DNA of 62,628 bases, counting the filler, from Candidatus Woesearchaeota archaeon (GTDB lineage Archaea; Nanobdellota; Nanobdellia; Woesearchaeales; CG1-02-33-12): assembly GCA_018399355.1 (NCBI GenBank). It is 3 parts of 3 records of this genome, joined end to end, with 100 filler letters (N's around TTAATTAATTAA, not from the genome) between each part and the next. Parts side by side here need not be neighbours in the genome. Positions count along the whole stretch, not along the records: positions 42,541 to 62,628 come from JAGYOA010000014.1; 2 more parts are not named here. One strand, written 5' to 3'. Under the pieces are notes generated by a model. It did no database searches. It was not told the origin of the DNA and saw only the letters and a program-made list of their open reading frames with translations. Shown here piece after piece: positions 59,409 through 62,628 of this stretch (positions are counted from its first letter, which is position 1; every line of letters starts with the position of its first letter). The position numbers and the translations under genes were made by a program.

Positions 59409-59822
59409 ATGGAAAAATACAAGTTTATAGAGGATTTAACGTCAGATGTGCTTTTTGAGGCTTATGGAAAAGACTTAAAAGAGCTTTTTGAAAATTCTGC
59501 AGTTGCATTATCAAGTGTTGTATGTGATATTGAAAAAGTTGAAAAACAAAAATCATTCAGTGTTGAGCTTCAGGGTGAGTTTGTTGAAGACCTTATGATA
59601 AACTGGCTTCAGGAAATAATTGCTCTTGTTGACACAGAGGAGATTTTTTTGTCAGGTTTTGAAATAAGTGAAATTGATCAAAATCATTTAAAGGCAAACC
59701 TTTACGGTGAACCAATAAGCCCTGAAAAAGCAGGCGTAGTTGTTAAAGGAGTCACCTATTATAAGATGAAAATAGAAAAAACAAAAAAACAATTAAAGGC
59801 AACCATAAGCCTTGACATATAA
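59409..59822 (+). CDS. Archease
   Basis: YKFIED.TSD, AYG..L.ELFENSA, VKGVTYY and terminal LDI. Confidence 0.93.
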   Translation: MEKYKFIEDLTSDVLFEAYGKDLKELFENSAVALSSVVCDIEKVEKQKSFSVELQGEFVEDLMINWLQEIIALVDTEEIFLSGFEISEIDQNHLKANLYGEPISPEKAGVVVKGVTYYKMKIEKTKKQLKATISLDI

Positions 59823-59823
59823 A

Positions 59824-61218
59824 ATGAAAGAAAAAATTCAAAAAATAAATGATTATGAATGGCTTTTGCCTAAAAGTGCAAGAGATAAGATGAATGTAGA
59901 TGCAAAAATATTTGCAAATAAAAAAATCCTTGATGATATTGAGGATGATGCTGTACAGCAGCTAACTAATGTTGCTTGTCTTCCAGGTGTTATTGAGCCT
60001 GTTATTGGATTGCCGGATATGCACTTCGGCTATGGGTTGCCGATGGGTGCTGTAAGCGCATTTGATTCTGAAAATGGGGTTATATCTTCTGGATTGTGTG
60101 GTTTTGATATAAACTGCGGAATTAATTCAATAAGAACGAACTTAACTTATGATGAAGTAAAGGAAAAATTAAATGAACTTATCCCTGCTTTGTTTAATGC
60201 TGTTCCATGCGGAGTAGGCTCAAAGGGAAGGCTAAGATTAAATTATGAGCAACTTAATGGGGTTATGACCCGTGGATTAAACTGGGCTGTTGAAAATGGT
60301 TATGGGACAAAAAAAGATATTGAAAATACAGAAGAAAAAGGATGTATGCCTGATGCAGACCCTTCAAAGGTTTCTGATTTGGCAAAGAAAAGAGGGCTTC
60401 CACAACTAGGAACACTGGGGGCAGGAAATCATTTTCTTGAGATACAGAAAGTGAGTGATATTTATGATGAAAAATTTGCAAAAAAACATGGCATAGTTGA
60501 TAAAGACCAGGTTATGATAATGCTTCATTGCGGTAGCCGCGGTTTAGGTCATCAGATTGCAAGCGATTATCTAAAAATACATGAAAAGGCCGTAAGAAAG
60601 TACAACATATGGATTCCAGACAGGCAGCTTGCATGCGCTCCTGTTAATTCTCAGGAAGGCCAGGATTATTATGCTGCAATGAAATGTGCTGTTAATTATT
60701 CATTTACAAACAGGCTTGTTATGACCCATTGGATAAGGGAAACATTTGAGAAAGTTTTCAAAAAATCATGGGAAGAAATGGATATGCAGACAGTTTATGG
60801 AATCTGCCATAATATTGTAAAATTAGAAGAGATAAAAGGGAAAAAATATTATGTACACAGAAAGGGAGCAACAAGGGCCTTTCCTAATTTGCCTGTTATT
60901 GTTGCAGGAACGATGGGGACTGCATCATATATTTGTAAGGGAACAGAAACTGCACTAGATAAAACATTTGGAAGCTCTTGCCACGGCTCTGGAAGGGCTA
61001 TGAGCAGGAATGCTGCACTGAAGAAATTCAGGGGAGAAGAAGTAAATGACCAACTAAAAGTCAAAGGAATAATAGGCAAGGCAGGCAACTGGAAATCATT
61101 TGCAGAGGAAGCCCCTGACTGTTATAAAGATGTTGAGCAGGTTGTTGATTCTGTTGATAAAGCAGGAATTTCTCCTAAGGTTGTAAGAATGAGGCCAATG
61201 GGCGTTCTAAAGGGTTAA
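59824..61218 (+). CDS. rtcB: RNA-splicing ligase RtcB
   Basis: PDMHFGYG.P.G, GFDINCG, GTLGAGNHFLE, HRKGATRA, SSCHGSGR, EEAP..YK. Confidence 0.97.
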   Translation: MKEKIQKINDYEWLLPKSARDKMNVDAKIFANKKILDDIEDDAVQQLTNVACLPGVIEPVIGLPDMHFGYGLPMGAVSAFDSENGVISSGLCGFDINCGINSIRTNLTYDEVKEKLNELIPALFNAVPCGVGSKGRLRLNYEQLNGVMTRGLNWAVENGYGTKKDIENTEEKGCMPDADPSKVSDLAKKRGLPQLGTLGAGNHFLEIQKVSDIYDEKFAKKHGIVDKDQVMIMLHCGSRGLGHQIASDYLKIHEKAVRKYNIWIPDRQLACAPVNSQEGQDYYAAMKCAVNYSFTNRLVMTHWIRETFEKVFKKSWEEMDMQTVYGICHNIVKLEEIKGKKYYVHRKGATRAFPNLPVIVAGTMGTASYICKGTETALDKTFGSSCHGSGRAMSRNAALKKFRGEEVNDQLKVKGIIGKAGNWKSFAEEAPDCYKDVEQVVDSVDKAGISPKVVRMRPMGVLKG

Positions 61219-61838
61219 ATCTCAATTATTTTTCCTTTTCTTCCAACATTTATTACTTTTGTTTTTCCTATTTTTTCTTCAATTCCTTCTGCCTCATGAA
61301 CATGAGAGCAAAGCAATATATCAGGCTTAAAAGTTTCTATTGCCTTTCTTAATCCTTTTGAACCTGGAAAAAAATTTGTGAATTTTTCCATTTTTGTTCC
61401 AGAAGGATGCACATGGCTAATCATTATTTTCTTGTCTAAATATTTAATTTTATCAAATCCTTTTTTTAAAAGGTCAAATATCTCTTTCTCGCTTAACTGG
61501 AATATCCCAATGTTTGCTCCGCCGCAGCCAAACAATCCAACATCTTTATATTTAACAGAATATCCATGTAGATTTTTTGCCCCATAAAGCTCTGCAAGAA
61601 AGTCAGCAGTTGCAACAGTCTCATGGTTGCCGGGAATTAAGATTACCTTTTTCTTTCTTTTAACAAACGGACCTATAAGATTAGATGTACTCTGCTCAGC
61701 ATAAGTCATATCACCGCATAAAACAACCAAATCAACTTTTTCTTTTTCAGCCTTTTCAGCAAGTTTTTCAGCCAATCCAGTATCGCCGTGAATGTCGCCA
61801 GAAGCAAGAATTTTAAGCTTTTTTGTTTTTTCGATCAT
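61215..61838 (-). CDS. Metallophosphoesterase
   Basis: GDIHG, CGD, PGNHE, HVHP, SHVHE. Confidence 0.9.
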   Translation of the reverse strand: MIEKTKKLKILASGDIHGDTGLAEKLAEKAEKEKVDLVVLCGDMTYAEQSTSNLIGPFVKRKKKVILIPGNHETVATADFLAELYGAKNLHGYSVKYKDVGLFGCGGANIGIFQLSEKEIFDLLKKGFDKIKYLDKKIMISHVHPSGTKMEKFTNFFPGSKGLRKAIETFKPDILLCSHVHEAEGIEEKIGKTKVINVGRKGKIIEI

Positions 61839-62407
61839 CTTTTTATTATCTTTGTCTTTTCTTTTGTTAAATCAACTATCTTGGAGGGCCTTCCTTTTTT
61901 GGGACCTTCATAAACCATAAAGTCAATCTTTCCAGTTATTTCCGGGTCAAGGTCATCTATATTGGTCATAAAATCTTCTCCTGAGATGTTTGCGCTTGTG
62001 GTAACAAAAGGAACATTTGCCTTCTGAACAAGGTATGCAAACCAATGCTTTGGAATTCTCACTCCTAAAGTATCCCAGCTGTTGTTAACTGATTTTGATA
62101 CTGCTTTTTTATTTTTTAGCTTAAGAATAAGAGTGTATCTTCCGGGAAGTTTATTTATCCACTTTTCAACCTCTTCATCAACAACGCAGTTGTCATATAT
62201 CCACTGCTTTGAAGGGGCCATTACAGAAAAAGGCATTGTATCTCTTTTCTTGATTTTTCTTATTTTGTTTACTGCTTTTGTGTTTGTTGCATTGCAGCCA
62301 ATGCCATATATTGTATCAGTAGGATGCACTATTATAGAGTCATCCCTTATTTTTTCAATTATTTCATCTTTCCTTAAAAGGGTTTCTTCCTTTATGTATA
62401 CTTCCAT
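61835..62407 (-). CDS. Threonylcarbamoyl-AMP synthase (Sua5/TsaC)
   Basis: PTDTIYGIGC, K.R....P, GVRIP, TTSANISG, PS.IVDL. Confidence 0.94.
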   Translation of the reverse strand: MEVYIKEETLLRKDEIIEKIRDDSIIVHPTDTIYGIGCNATNTKAVNKIRKIKKRDTMPFSVMAPSKQWIYDNCVVDEEVEKWINKLPGRYTLILKLKNKKAVSKSVNNSWDTLGVRIPKHWFAYLVQKANVPFVTTSANISGEDFMTNIDDLDPEITGKIDFMVYEGPKKGRPSKIVDLTKEKTKIIKR

Positions 62408-62461
62408 ATTTAGCATAAAACAATCTTTGTTTAAATATTTTATTGAAATTTAAAAGAAAAA

Positions 62462-62479
62462 CCCCTCCTTTTGGAGGGG
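62462..62479 (-). terminator. GC-rich hairpin followed by a T-tract on the minus strand
   Basis: CCCCTCC-TTTT-GGAGGGG perfect stem; A-run at about 62452-62461 on + strand. Confidence 0.5.
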
Positions 62480-62628
62480 CAGAGGTGTAAATGGACTAAG
62501 TATTTCTTATACTTTGTCTGTGAACGCCCTGTTGCCAGTAAAAGTATTCTAAAAAGTCTACTCTGGCCTTGTATTCATTCCATTCCATGAAACTTTTATT
62601 AAATATTTTTTTAATTATATTAAATTTA

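Noticed and set aside
1..62628. CRISPR array, rRNA, transposase or provirus
   Set aside because: No regularly spaced repeats, rRNA-like GC-rich tract, or transposase, integrase or capsid motifs seen by eye.

Overview
AT-rich archaeal DNA whose gene content (aIF2-gamma, aIF5B, TBP, Rpo4, rpl35ae, Elp3, RtcB/archease, POR, many small membrane proteins, largely leaderless TATA promoters) fits a DPANN archaeon, most likely Woesearchaeota-like (inference). It is three contigs joined by artificial N/TTAATTAATTAA linkers at 21506-21605 and 42441-42540, so adjacency across those points is not real. Most of the window is housekeeping: translation, tRNA modification, proteasome, ftsZ, sugar-phosphate enzymes, surface proteins and an MNT-HEPN toxin-antitoxin pair. 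The standout locus is the pyruvate:ferredoxin oxidoreductase operon (porG-D-A-B). porA is interrupted right after its conserved YPITPQ motif by a 30-nt insertion (52725-52754) with two in-frame stops. The insertion folds into a tRNA-type bulge-helix-bulge-like splice substrate, and excision at the canonical positions restores YPITPQ|THIVE exactly. About 170 bp away, a free-standing two-motif LAGLIDADG endonuclease gene is wedged in reverse orientation between porD and porA. Together these suggest an mRNA micro-intron plus a separate homing endonuclease acting as a collaborative-homing unit. The window also has tRNA-Trp with a minimal 42-nt C/D-guide intron, tRNA-Thr, and several small ORFs missing from the ORF track.
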